Shown piece by piece: positions 37,401-46,329 of a stretch of DNA of 56,173 bases. The translations under genes and the position numbers were made by a program. Source of the stretch: Candidatus Bathyarchaeia archaeon (GTDB taxonomy: Archaea > Thermoproteota > Bathyarchaeia > Bathyarchaeales > DTEX01); contig JAWBZG010000002.1 of NCBI GenBank assembly GCA_038866525.1, positions 1-56,173 of the forward strand. Direction: 5' to 3'. The notes beneath the pieces are model-generated. The model was not told the DNA's origin. It did no database searches and saw nothing but the letters and a program-made list of their open reading frames with translations. Each line of letters starts with the position of its first letter. Positions within the stretch are counted from its first letter, which is position 1.

Positions 37401-38687
37401 ATGTTTAAGCGCAAATATTGGGGTGAAATTAAAGATCCCATATATGGATACGTGTATATAACTGAGGCTGAGAAAAAGATAATTGATTCATTTCCATTTC
37501 AAAGGTTGCGTAGAATAAGGCAATTAGCTGGCGCCGAATATGTTTATCCCGGAGCCAATCATACCAGATTTGAGCATTCAATAGGGGTTATGCACCTAGC
37601 CGGCTTAATCGTTGATAACCCTCAGATATCCCAGCTTTTATCTGAGGATGAGGTTCAGATGATAAGGATAGCAGCTTTACTCCATGACGTTGGACACGGC
37701 CCCTTCTCCCATATTTTCGAGCATATACTTACAAAATTTTTAGGTAAAACCCACGAAGATATGACATTCTGGATAATTACAACCTCTGAGCTTAGGGATA
37801 TTATAGGCGAGCTGGGCTACGATCCGAAGGTTATCGGAGCATTATCTGTTGGACGCTTGAATAAACCTAAAATGGCTTTCATGGATCAAATCATTAGAAG
37901 CGCCGTCGACGCTGATAAGCTGGACTTCGTTGTGAGAGATACGTATCATACTGGAGCGGAGTACGGGTTTGTAGATGTCATACGTTTAGTGCGCACGCTA
38001 GACGTCATTGATGGAAACTTGTCAGTTGACATGGGCGCTCTGTCCGCTCTAGAATCATTTATACTTGCGCGTATAGAGTCATTTAAGAGCATATATTTCC
38101 ACAGGGTTGGTAGAGCGGTTCAAATAATGCTCGCCATGGCTATGGAGCGCGCTAAAGACGATTTGAACCTAGTAGACTTTAGGTCCCCCGAAGAGTATCT
38201 ATCCTTAAACGACTATACTTTATGGACGAAACTGAAGGAATGCGACAAGTCAAGGGAGATTATCGAGAGGCTGGAGAGAAGAAAGCTTATAAAGTGCGCG
38301 TATGATCCGCCGCCATTCTACATTAGAGATAAAATCGTGTCAACCATCTTCAACGTTGAGGGCATAAGAAATAGGATAAGGGATCAGATAGCCGAGGAAG
38401 CTGGTGTCAGCCCGCAAAGCGTAATAATTGATGTACCAACCCTTCCCTCAGTTCCATACCACCATGCTTTTCCAATGGAGCCTATGGAGATTCCTGTCTT
38501 TCAGAAGACTAGGGATGGCAGGAAGATCTCGGGTAGATTAAGTGATGTTTCCGGAATATTTGATTTACTTAAAGGTTTCATGAATATACTTAGGGTCTAT
38601 ACTGAGGAAGAATATTTAAAGAGGGTTCAGGAGGTTTCTGAGAGACTCTTCGGTGAACTACCATTCTCAATGAGAATATCCTACTAA
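37401..38687 (+). CDS. HD-domain phosphohydrolase of the SAMHD1 / dNTP triphosphohydrolase type
   Basis: RFEHSIGVMHLAG, LLHDVGHGPFSH and DADKLDFVVRD motifs. 428 aa. Confidence 0.8.
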   Translation: MFKRKYWGEIKDPIYGYVYITEAEKKIIDSFPFQRLRRIRQLAGAEYVYPGANHTRFEHSIGVMHLAGLIVDNPQISQLLSEDEVQMIRIAALLHDVGHGPFSHIFEHILTKFLGKTHEDMTFWIITTSELRDIIGELGYDPKVIGALSVGRLNKPKMAFMDQIIRSAVDADKLDFVVRDTYHTGAEYGFVDVIRLVRTLDVIDGNLSVDMGALSALESFILARIESFKSIYFHRVGRAVQIMLAMAMERAKDDLNLVDFRSPEEYLSLNDYTLWTKLKECDKSREIIERLERRKLIKCAYDPPPFYIRDKIVSTIFNVEGIRNRIRDQIAEEAGVSPQSVIIDVPTLPSVPYHHAFPMEPMEIPVFQKTRDGRKISGRLSDVSGIFDLLKGFMNILRVYTEEEYLKRVQEVSERLFGELPFSMRISY

Positions 38688-38716
38688 CTGTTACTGTTAA
38701 TGGAGTTGTCGATGAA

Positions 38717-39118
38717 GTGGATAAAATATTGAGGGGTCGACCCATAGTTCCCGGGAAAGCAAGCGGAATAGCTTTAGTTTCAATGAAGCCGCTTAGCTTT
38801 TTGGGCGGAATAGACCCTAAGACGGGGGTTGTTGTTGAAAGGAACCATGATCTTTTTGGCAAAACTATTAAAGATTCTATATTATGTTTTCCTCATGGTC
38901 ATGGTTCAACGGTGGGCAGCTTCGTCCTATACTCTCTTGCCAAAAACGGTTTAGCGCCCAAAGCTATAGTGAACGTGCTGGCGGATCCCGTTGTAGTTGT
39001 TGGCGCAGTCATTGCCAACATACCCATGATCGATAAGATAGATGTGAGCCAGATAAAGATGGGAGATTTAGTTGAGGTAGATTGCTATTCTGGCACTGTG
39101 AGGATTTTAGGGAGGTGA
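38717..39118 (+). CDS. Aconitase X swivel-domain protein (DUF126); probable phosphomevalonate dehydratase small subunit
   Basis: 133 aa. G..V.G.A.G.ALV..EPLSF.GG.D...G pattern (GKASGIALVSMKPLSFLGGIDPKTG) and GSTVGS. Its stop overlaps the start of the next gene (GTGA). Confidence 0.75.
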   Translation: MDKILRGRPIVPGKASGIALVSMKPLSFLGGIDPKTGVVVERNHDLFGKTIKDSILCFPHGHGSTVGSFVLYSLAKNGLAPKAIVNVLADPVVVVGAVIANIPMIDKIDVSQIKMGDLVEVDCYSGTVRILGR

Positions 39119-40302
39119 AGGACCTGTATTTGAGCAGAGAGGAGGAGCGAATTTATGACGGGGAGCTCGGCTGGGCTTATGAAGTATCAATGAAGATACT
39201 TGTTAAGCTAGGCGACCTTTACGGGGCTAAGCGCCTTATACCTATTGAGTCGGCGCATATATCGGGAGTCTCCTATAAAACTATTGGTGATGCTCCAATA
39301 GAGTTTCTGGAAGCATTATTGGAAGCTAATGGGAGAGTCAGAGTGAAGACAACAATGAATCCTTCCGGCATAGACTGCGAGGATCCAATATTCAAGTATC
39401 TCCCGAAAGAGATTACTGAGAAGCAGAAGAAGATAATAGATATATATGAGGGGCTGGGGGTTGAGAGATCCCTAACATGCACACCATACTATATTAAGGC
39501 GGCTCAAAGCGGATCTCATTTATCCTGGGCTGAATCCTCAGCGGTCATTTACGCCAACTCAATACTCAAGGCTTGGACTAACCGTGAGGGCGGTCCTAGC
39601 GCGCTCGCATCAGCGTTAATAGGTAAGACCCCCGACTACGGCTTACATCAGCCAGAGAACCGCCGTATATCAGCAATCATTAAAGTTGAAGCGGATCTCT
39701 TAAGCGAGTCAGATTACGGCTTATTGGGGATATACTTGGGTAAAGTTTTAGGCGATAAAATCCCATTGATTAGAGGCAGAATTCTCGGGGAAGAATTGTT
39801 TCTGAAGCAGATGGGAGCTGCGATGGCTACAAGCGGAATGGTTCCAATGTTTTATTTCGATGACTCAGAAGCTATGTCCCAGAGGACGGATGAAGTGATA
39901 TCCGTGGACAATAGAGATATTAGGAGGGCCGATGAGGAGATTTCCTCGTTCTTTGAAAAGCCAGATTTAATCTTTATCGGATGCCCCCACTGCTCCCTTG
40001 AGGAAATAAAGTGCGTCTCAAATCTTCTACGCGGGAAGAAGATTAGGAAAGATATTAGATTATGGATTTGCACGTCAAGGTTCATACGTAATAAAGCAGC
40101 TGAATACGTAAGGATCATTGAGTCTTCCGGCGGGCGCGTTATATCCGACACTTGCGCAGTTGTTACATGGTTAAGGGAACTTGGCATAGAAACCCTAATG
40201 ACTAACTCGGCGAAGACAGCGTATTATGTGCCATTAATGAGCAATGTTAAGGCTGCGCTCTCACCAATGAAAAAATGTATAGAAATAGCCCTTCAAAAAT
40301 AA
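39115..40302 (+). CDS. Aconitase X catalytic-domain protein (DUF521); probable phosphomevalonate dehydratase large subunit
   Basis: LSREEERIYDGELG start, SAHISGVSY, CTPY, and AESSAVIYANS pattern. The GTG 39115 start follows GGGAGG. Confidence 0.75.
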   Translation: MKDLYLSREEERIYDGELGWAYEVSMKILVKLGDLYGAKRLIPIESAHISGVSYKTIGDAPIEFLEALLEANGRVRVKTTMNPSGIDCEDPIFKYLPKEITEKQKKIIDIYEGLGVERSLTCTPYYIKAAQSGSHLSWAESSAVIYANSILKAWTNREGGPSALASALIGKTPDYGLHQPENRRISAIIKVEADLLSESDYGLLGIYLGKVLGDKIPLIRGRILGEELFLKQMGAAMATSGMVPMFYFDDSEAMSQRTDEVISVDNRDIRRADEEISSFFEKPDLIFIGCPHCSLEEIKCVSNLLRGKKIRKDIRLWICTSRFIRNKAAEYVRIIESSGGRVISDTCAVVTWLRELGIETLMTNSAKTAYYVPLMSNVKAALSPMKKCIEIALQK

Positions 40303-40314
40303 GGGGGAGGAAAC

Positions 40315-41667
40315 TCACCTCTTAGATTTGAGCATGCTTAGTATTTTACTAGCTCTTTCAGTTAAAGGTATTGTCGCCTTCTCAAACCTCTCCTTCCCAA
40401 ACCTTAAGGGACGTGTCGCATCTATGCCGACTTTAGTTGTTAACCCTGTCTCCATATCCGCTGAGGGATCTAGGGTTGATCCCCTCACGTTTCTGATCAA
40501 TAAAATGTCTTCGTCTCCCTGAAATCTCGTCGCTATAGCCCATTCAACCTCTTCTGGATTAAAGACATTTATGTCGGCATCAACAACAACCGCGTGTTTT
40601 AAGCTTGGATGCGCTGCGAAGGCAGCTAGCAAAGCGTTCTTCGCGTCACCATCGGTCTGCTTATCTATTGAGATTATGGCGTGCAGCCACCCACATCCCC
40701 CAATAGAGAGGTTAACGGCTCTAACCCTCGGTACAACCTTTGATACAGCGTCGTAGATCATCGCTTCCCTAGGCAACCCCATGAGCAACATATGCTCAGG
40801 TCCGCCCGGCAGGAGCGCTTGATAAATATGTTTTTCCCTCCTCATAACGTTGATAACCTCTATGACCGGCTGATGCCTCGGGATATCATAGGCTCCGGTT
40901 ATGTCTACGAACGGTCCCTCTAAAGCCTCCTCACTACGTGAGATTCTACCCTCAAGAATTATCTCAGACTCTGACGGCGCATATGCATCAACCTTCTCAC
41001 ATCTTATAAGCTTGAGCCCACCATTAAGCAGCCGGTTCGCCACCCAATACTCGCTGACCCCAAACGGCGGCGATGCTGCCGCAGCTAGAAGCACGGCTGG
41101 GTGAACACCGACAGCTATAGATACATCGAGGTCCCTCCCAGATTCCTTCGCCATCAACCATAGCTTAAATAAGTGTCTTGGAACAAGCCTTATAGCCAGC
41201 CGCCTATCGTCTAAAACCAACAGCCTATGAATTGAGACGTTTTCGATGCTTCCATCCAGGCTTCTTGCTGAAACTATGGCTGATGTTATGTATGGTCCAG
41301 CGTCACGCTCATAATGCTTCAGAACTGGAAGCTTTGAGAGCTTAGGCTCCTCAACAACCTCCTTTACTGGAGAATCATCAATTATTTTCGGTTTCTCAGG
41401 TCTATTAACGGCATCAATTATCTTTAGGTGCAGCCTGTCTTCCGTGATTCCTAAAGAGGCGCATATCCTCTTTCTAGTCGCACAAACATTTCCGACGATT
41501 TTCACATCATTATATCCTTCAATCTTGTCGAAGAAAATTATTGGAGGGTTCGTTGGGGAGAAATTCTTCATTATTGCGGAGACCTCAAATATGGGTGAGA
41601 CGCTCTCCTCTATATGAACAACTTCATTAAGATCTTCCATGTACTTGAGGAAATCCCTAAAGCTCAT
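40315..41667 (-). CDS. UbiD-family decarboxylase; probable anhydromevalonate-phosphate decarboxylase
   Basis: FRDFLKYMEDLNEVVHIEE start typical of UbiD. 450 aa. It lies adjacent to the AcnX pair. Confidence 0.75.
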   Translation of the reverse strand: MSFRDFLKYMEDLNEVVHIEESVSPIFEVSAIMKNFSPTNPPIIFFDKIEGYNDVKIVGNVCATRKRICASLGITEDRLHLKIIDAVNRPEKPKIIDDSPVKEVVEEPKLSKLPVLKHYERDAGPYITSAIVSARSLDGSIENVSIHRLLVLDDRRLAIRLVPRHLFKLWLMAKESGRDLDVSIAVGVHPAVLLAAAASPPFGVSEYWVANRLLNGGLKLIRCEKVDAYAPSESEIILEGRISRSEEALEGPFVDITGAYDIPRHQPVIEVINVMRREKHIYQALLPGGPEHMLLMGLPREAMIYDAVSKVVPRVRAVNLSIGGCGWLHAIISIDKQTDGDAKNALLAAFAAHPSLKHAVVVDADINVFNPEEVEWAIATRFQGDEDILLIRNVRGSTLDPSADMETGLTTKVGIDATRPLRFGKERFEKATIPLTERASKILSMLKSKR

Positions 41668-42029
41668 GCTTCCTTCTCCTTCATAATCTTTTCCAGGAGC
41701 CTCAAAAACACTTGCCCAGCTTTCACCTCGTTAATGGTCTTCAGAAACGTTGAAACTAGAACTATCTTATTTGTGAAGGCAGCTAGCCGCTCGGCTATCA
41801 GCCTAGCGGTAATAGTGTTCCGTTCACCTAAGAGTATTGAGGATAGGGGCAGCCTAGATAGCTCGAGCCTAGATGGTATTGAAACAGCGAGAGTCCCCAG
41901 ATTTTCTTCGTCACCCTCACTTAATAACACTATGTAGGAGTTCCCCAGCTCTATTACCGTAGCCGACAACCTTCTCCCCTCTTCAACGGTTTCCTCGTGA
42001 AAAACTTTTACGCGGTTCATCGCTATCAA
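41664..42029 (-). CDS. Small protein resembling proteasome assembly chaperone 4 (PAC4/PSMG4-like)
   Basis: 121 aa. TLAVSIPSR..LPLSSILLGE....ARLIAERLAAFTNKIVLVS aligns by eye with my recollection of human PSMG4 (NLAVAMCSR..IPVSTSLLGD....GLAQRLARKTNKQVFVS). ATGA overlap with the UbiD gene. Confidence 0.45.
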   Translation of the reverse strand: MIAMNRVKVFHEETVEEGRRLSATVIELGNSYIVLLSEGDEENLGTLAVSIPSRLELSRLPLSSILLGERNTITARLIAERLAAFTNKIVLVSTFLKTINEVKAGQVFLRLLEKIMKEKEA

Positions 42030-42037
42030 ACCTAAAC

Positions 42038-42838
42038 TTAAATTTTAGAAAGCATTCTCTTTAATTCTTCACCGTTCTTCTTCCACCAGTTGAAGAGCAC
42101 CCTCATATCAATGCCCAAATTGAAATTGCGGACACCTAGCTCAATGTATCTTTTAGCGTCCTCTGGGCTCCCTATCTCTGCTCTTGGAACTACACCCATC
42201 TTTAAAGCAGTCTTAATTACTTTCTCTTCAGCCTCCCTTACCTTAGGATGATTTATCTCGCCCGGTAACCCTATGCTTATTGAGTAGTCCATTGGACCGA
42301 ACTGAACCATATCTACGCCTTTAACTGAAAGTATCTCCTCGAGATTCTCAACAGCCTCTCTTTTCTCAATCATCAGCGCAACTACGGCGTCATCGCAAAT
42401 CTTCACGAGATCCATAGCCGAAGCTAAAGCTCCCGTGTATCCAACCCTTCTATCTAACCTATATCCATTTATTCCTTTGGGCTCCATCCTGACCGCTTTA
42501 ACGGCTTCCTCGGCGTCCTCAACTGTTCTTATGTCTGCAAACAGAACATTCTGTATTCCAGCGGCTAAAGCCCTTTCGGCGAGATATACTCTCGGTTGCT
42601 GATCTATCTTTATCATCGTTGAGAGACCAAACAGCTCCGCAGCTCTCGCCAAATTATCTAAGTCATGCAGGTCATATGAACTGTATTCACCTAGGAACTC
42701 AACATAATCATACATTCCCGTGCAGCCGATAACCTCAACTATGCCAGGCCATGGGCAGACTATTCTCGTTCCAATTGTCGGTTCGCCCTTTCTTAAAAGC
42801 TCCCTGAGCCTGTTAACCCTCACATAAACCACCCGCAA
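42038..42838 (-). CDS. HpcH/HpaI-family aldolase (class II, divalent-metal dependent)
   Basis: Family-typical N-terminus N.L...L..GEPTIG, then E.LG..D (VEFLGEYSSYD) and DMVQFGPMDYS. The true start may be the internal GTG at 42823. Confidence 0.75.
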   Translation of the reverse strand: MRVVYVRVNRLRELLRKGEPTIGTRIVCPWPGIVEVIGCTGMYDYVEFLGEYSSYDLHDLDNLARAAELFGLSTMIKIDQQPRVYLAERALAAGIQNVLFADIRTVEDAEEAVKAVRMEPKGINGYRLDRRVGYTGALASAMDLVKICDDAVVALMIEKREAVENLEEILSVKGVDMVQFGPMDYSISIGLPGEINHPKVREAEEKVIKTALKMGVVPRAEIGSPEDAKRYIELGVRNFNLGIDMRVLFNWWKKNGEELKRMLSKI

Positions 42839-42910
42839 CTAATAAGAACAATACTCAAAGAGCTTATTATTTAAGTGTTTAGCACCCTAATGCGCATAAA
42901 GGGGAATTTG

Positions 42911-43609
42911 ATGGAAAAATATCAATCTTTCGAAGAAGAGAGTATTATGGTTCGAAGAGAAAGGGCTAGGAAAATACTTAGCATCTTGAAAAGCAGCTTT
43001 CCTATACCGGATATTTCGGATCTTGCAAAAGACCCGTTTAAAATTCTAGTAAGAACTATTATAAGCCAGTCAACCTCCGAGAGAAATACCCAAAGAGCCT
43101 TCGAGAATCTATCATCCAAGATGCCGATAACTCCGAAAAGCTTAGCTGAAGCCGATGTTAGGTGCATCGAGGAAGCCTTAAAAGTCGCAGGTTTATATAG
43201 AAATAAGTCGGTGGTTCTTAAGGAAATGTCAAGGATGATAATTGAGAAATTTGGCGGGAGCCTCGACTTCATATATTCGTTGCCGTTAAATGAGGCTAGG
43301 GATAAGCTACTGAGCTTGCCGGGGGTTGGACCTAAAACCGCAGATATAGTTCTGCTTTTCTGCGCTGAGAAACCAGTTTTACCAGTGGACACTCATGTCC
43401 GGAGGGTTTCTAAGAGGCTTGGCTTTGTACCAAAGAATGAGGAGAAATACGATTCTATTAGGGCGAGGATTGAGGAGTTATATTCTCCTGAAGAATATTT
43501 TGATGTGCACATGCTCCTTATAGCTCTGGGAAGAAAATTCTGTAAATCTTTAAAGCCAAGTTGCGCCCAATGCATAGTTAACAATTTATGTCCTTCTAGG
43601 AAACTTTAG
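42911..43609 (+). CDS. nth: Endonuclease III (HhH-GPD DNA glycosylase with a [4Fe-4S] cluster)
   Basis: HhH LPGVGPKTADIVL, catalytic D in PVDTHV, and the C-terminal cluster CKSLKPSCAQCIVNNLC. ATG 42911 is about 40 nt downstream of a TTATTATTTAAG TATA-like box. Confidence 0.8.
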   Translation: MEKYQSFEEESIMVRRERARKILSILKSSFPIPDISDLAKDPFKILVRTIISQSTSERNTQRAFENLSSKMPITPKSLAEADVRCIEEALKVAGLYRNKSVVLKEMSRMIIEKFGGSLDFIYSLPLNEARDKLLSLPGVGPKTADIVLLFCAEKPVLPVDTHVRRVSKRLGFVPKNEEKYDSIRARIEELYSPEEYFDVHMLLIALGRKFCKSLKPSCAQCIVNNLCPSRKL

Positions 43610-44885
43610 AACCTAGTTTTTGATGGAATTCAATTTCGCTTCCTCTCTCATTTAACCTTATTTGTCCAACGCAAATTTTTGACACTGCTCCATTAACATT
43701 GGTGTACATTTTCAGTATCCCTCGACTGTAGTCTATGGAGCTTATTACCCCAATGCCCAAAAATCTCCCCTCATTGTCCTCTAGGGATATTAGCAGTCCT
43801 TTCTCGTCTTTCTCATGCATAACTTTAACTGGCTTATTGAATTCTGAAGCAATCTTAAGCTTTTCGTCCTCATTCAACGTAGAGCCTTCTTTCAACACTA
43901 ATATTATGGAGCCCTGCAGGTTCTCGCAGTATATGAGCTTATCACCTATGATCTCTTCAATCCTCTTTTTCAGAGATTGATCAACCCTACCGTTGATCTC
44001 TAAACTTCCACATAATTTTACCCAGCTTATCGGTATAGTGCGCACCTTAGCATCCTTCAAATATTTCTTGAATAAAGCCTCTCTAATAATCTTCCTTGTT
44101 TCCCTATCCCTTTTCTTCACATTTTTCGGCGCCTCAACTGTAAGGAGGTTTGTCCCCGCTTTAGCTAGGGAGCTTATTAGCGGATTCAAAGATTCGCTGC
44201 TCTGTATAATCACGGTGACCATTGGTTTAAGAGAGTTAACTAGCTGACACTTATACTTTACAGCATCAGCGCCTTCAACCCACCCATCAGTGTTGATTAT
44301 CACGAAGTCCGATCCCATTTCTAAAGCCTTATCCTTAAGTTTCAATAAACCATTTATAACCTGGTCTACCACGGCGTATGGACTCGTAGTGCCGATGAAA
44401 ACAGCATCAGCTAGCGGTAGATTAACTAGGTCGATGACTGATTTTCTCATGAAGCTTAAGCCCAATGTTCCTGGGGGTCCTATATCGGATTGACCTAGGT
44501 CTCCGTCCACGAGAGCTACTTTGCGCCCATTATTTAAGGCTATATTAGCTAGATACGTGCAGAAACTGGTCTTCCCAGAATCAACCCCGCCCAGTACAGC
44601 GATCTCTACTCTCCCATTAACCGACAGTATCTTGCTTGCGGCCTCCTTCCATGAGGAGGGTATTGGGTCCTCATCTATGATATTGAAAGACGCCGCGTTT
44701 CCGAGAAATATTTCAACCTGCGAATCTTCAATCGCCTCAAAAGGTATTCTCCTCCCCCACCTAACAACTAGATGGTCGCCTGCTTTCACCGGAGCCCCAA
44801 ATGATCTCATAGACCCTGAGTGAAGAATAATGCATGCCGGTCCATCCACTAGAAGCGTCTTTCCGCGTTCAATCTTCTGCCTCAT
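43596..44885 (-). CDS. Clp1/Grc3-type polynucleotide 5'-hydroxyl kinase
   Basis: P-loop GGVDSGKTSFCTYLAN and the Clp1 signature DGDLGQSDIGPPGT. ATG 44885 chosen. The ORF is open from 44912. Confidence 0.7.
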   Translation of the reverse strand: MRQKIERGKTLLVDGPACIILHSGSMRSFGAPVKAGDHLVVRWGRRIPFEAIEDSQVEIFLGNAASFNIIDEDPIPSSWKEAASKILSVNGRVEIAVLGGVDSGKTSFCTYLANIALNNGRKVALVDGDLGQSDIGPPGTLGLSFMRKSVIDLVNLPLADAVFIGTTSPYAVVDQVINGLLKLKDKALEMGSDFVIINTDGWVEGADAVKYKCQLVNSLKPMVTVIIQSSESLNPLISSLAKAGTNLLTVEAPKNVKKRDRETRKIIREALFKKYLKDAKVRTIPISWVKLCGSLEINGRVDQSLKKRIEEIIGDKLIYCENLQGSIILVLKEGSTLNEDEKLKIASEFNKPVKVMHEKDEKGLLISLEDNEGRFLGIGVISSIDYSRGILKMYTNVNGAVSKICVGQIRLNERGSEIEFHQKLGSKVS

Positions 44886-45513
44886 TAACGCTTTCCCTCC
44901 GGATTTTTTCACCCTTTCTTGAAGCTATTTTTACAGCGGACTCCGCATCGCTTAATTTTCTTTTAACCCCGCTTTCCTTCAAAACACTTGTACCCTCCTC
45001 ATTAACCATCTCAATAGCCACATTTTTTGGGAGGGATTTCTCCAGTTTACGCGCCAGCTCTATAGCTAGGTTGGGTACACCTTTCCCAATTCTAACCTTC
45101 TTAATCCTTGACGGGGTATTTAACTCCGCTAGTATATGACTTATAGCATCGTCTACGCTTGAAAATTCTCCCCTTTTAATAGGTTTACCGTCAGCGAGCA
45201 CTGCAACACCAAACGTTTTTCCCGGATCAACACCGATAATAAGCTCTTCGTAAAAATCTTTGTTCACAGCTATTCGTAGGGCTTCACCTATTATATTCGA
45301 TGGGTCCGACTCAACATCGTAGATTAAAACTTGTGGATGATTTATTAGAGCCCTCTCATTCTCAGTGGTTATGATGACTTTGACCGACGGGGGAATAGCT
45401 TCCCCGGGCACAATGCTCAGGAATGGAACATTCCTGTTCTTAAGCTCGTTAACAAGCTTATAGTATGCTTTTCCATTAACTGTTGAAACAGCTATCTTCG
45501 CTCGGACCCTCAT
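44869..45513 (-). CDS. Conserved archaeal protein with a C-terminal RNase-H-fold (YqgF/RuvX- or RuvC-like) nuclease-like domain
   Basis: IIGVDPGKTFGVAVLADGKPI...VRIGKGVP...EMVNEEGTS resembles the RuvX pattern iGiDpG..r.GvAv....vvGlP....DEr.tT. Overlaps the Clp1-like gene. Confidence 0.45.
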   Translation of the reverse strand: MRVRAKIAVSTVNGKAYYKLVNELKNRNVPFLSIVPGEAIPPSVKVIITTENERALINHPQVLIYDVESDPSNIIGEALRIAVNKDFYEELIIGVDPGKTFGVAVLADGKPIKRGEFSSVDDAISHILAELNTPSRIKKVRIGKGVPNLAIELARKLEKSLPKNVAIEMVNEEGTSVLKESGVKRKLSDAESAVKIASRKGEKIRRESVNEAED

Positions 45514-45597
45514 AACGCTACGCTCAAAGGTATCCCAATCTATTTACTACAGAAAAGACTAAATTTAAACTTTTAACTATTTTAGTTTGTGGTGTAA

Positions 45598-46311
45598 TTG
45601 GGGCGCTGGATACCTACGGGGTGCCCTCCACTTGACAATGTATTGGAGGGTGGTCTTAAGCCAGGCGAATTGACGCTAATATATGGTGAGGCTGAAACCG
45701 GGAAGACGAGCTTAGCGATCCAATGCTCTGTGAACTCGGCGAGAATGGGTTATAAGACCATATTTGTTGACGCTGATGGAACATTCTCATTGGAGAGGCT
45801 TTCGCAGATATCCTCCCAAAACTTTGATGAAATACTGCAATTTTTGATTCTCTTCACGCCTTCAACATTTGAGGAGCAATCTAAATTAATAGATGACTTG
45901 GAGAAATGCGTTGGCGGGGATATGGGTTTAATAGTTTTTGATACGATAACATCACTATACCGCGCAGAGATCGGAGGTAAGGAGGAAGCCTTTAAAATAA
46001 ATAGGGAGCTTAACCGCCAAGTTGCTATGCTGGCTCAAATAGCCAGAAAATTTCAAATACCGATTTTAATCACAAGCCAGGTGAGAAGCATTCTAACAGA
46101 CGCCGGCGCAAGCGCATTTATAGAGCCCGTTGCCTCAAGGGTTTTAAGATATTGGTCAACGTCAATTATCGGTTTATTTAAGACGAGCAGAACGGGGATA
46201 ATTAGAGCAAACGTTGAAAGGGTTTACGGGGTTGAGAAGAAGATAACAGTCTACTTATTTGTGGGTAGCTCAGGTGTGCAGGAGTGTGGAAGAATAAGTC
46301 ATATGGTTTAG
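45598..46311 (+). CDS. radB: RadB / RadA-paralogue RecA-superfamily ATPase
   Basis: LDNVLEGGLKPGELTLIYGEAETGKTSLAIQ Walker A and Walker B LIVFD. 237 aa, no N-terminal HhH domain. Confidence 0.7.
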   Translation: MGRWIPTGCPPLDNVLEGGLKPGELTLIYGEAETGKTSLAIQCSVNSARMGYKTIFVDADGTFSLERLSQISSQNFDEILQFLILFTPSTFEEQSKLIDDLEKCVGGDMGLIVFDTITSLYRAEIGGKEEAFKINRELNRQVAMLAQIARKFQIPILITSQVRSILTDAGASAFIEPVASRVLRYWSTSIIGLFKTSRTGIIRANVERVYGVEKKITVYLFVGSSGVQECGRISHMV

Positions 46312-46329
46312 CGGTGAAAAACGTTGGTT

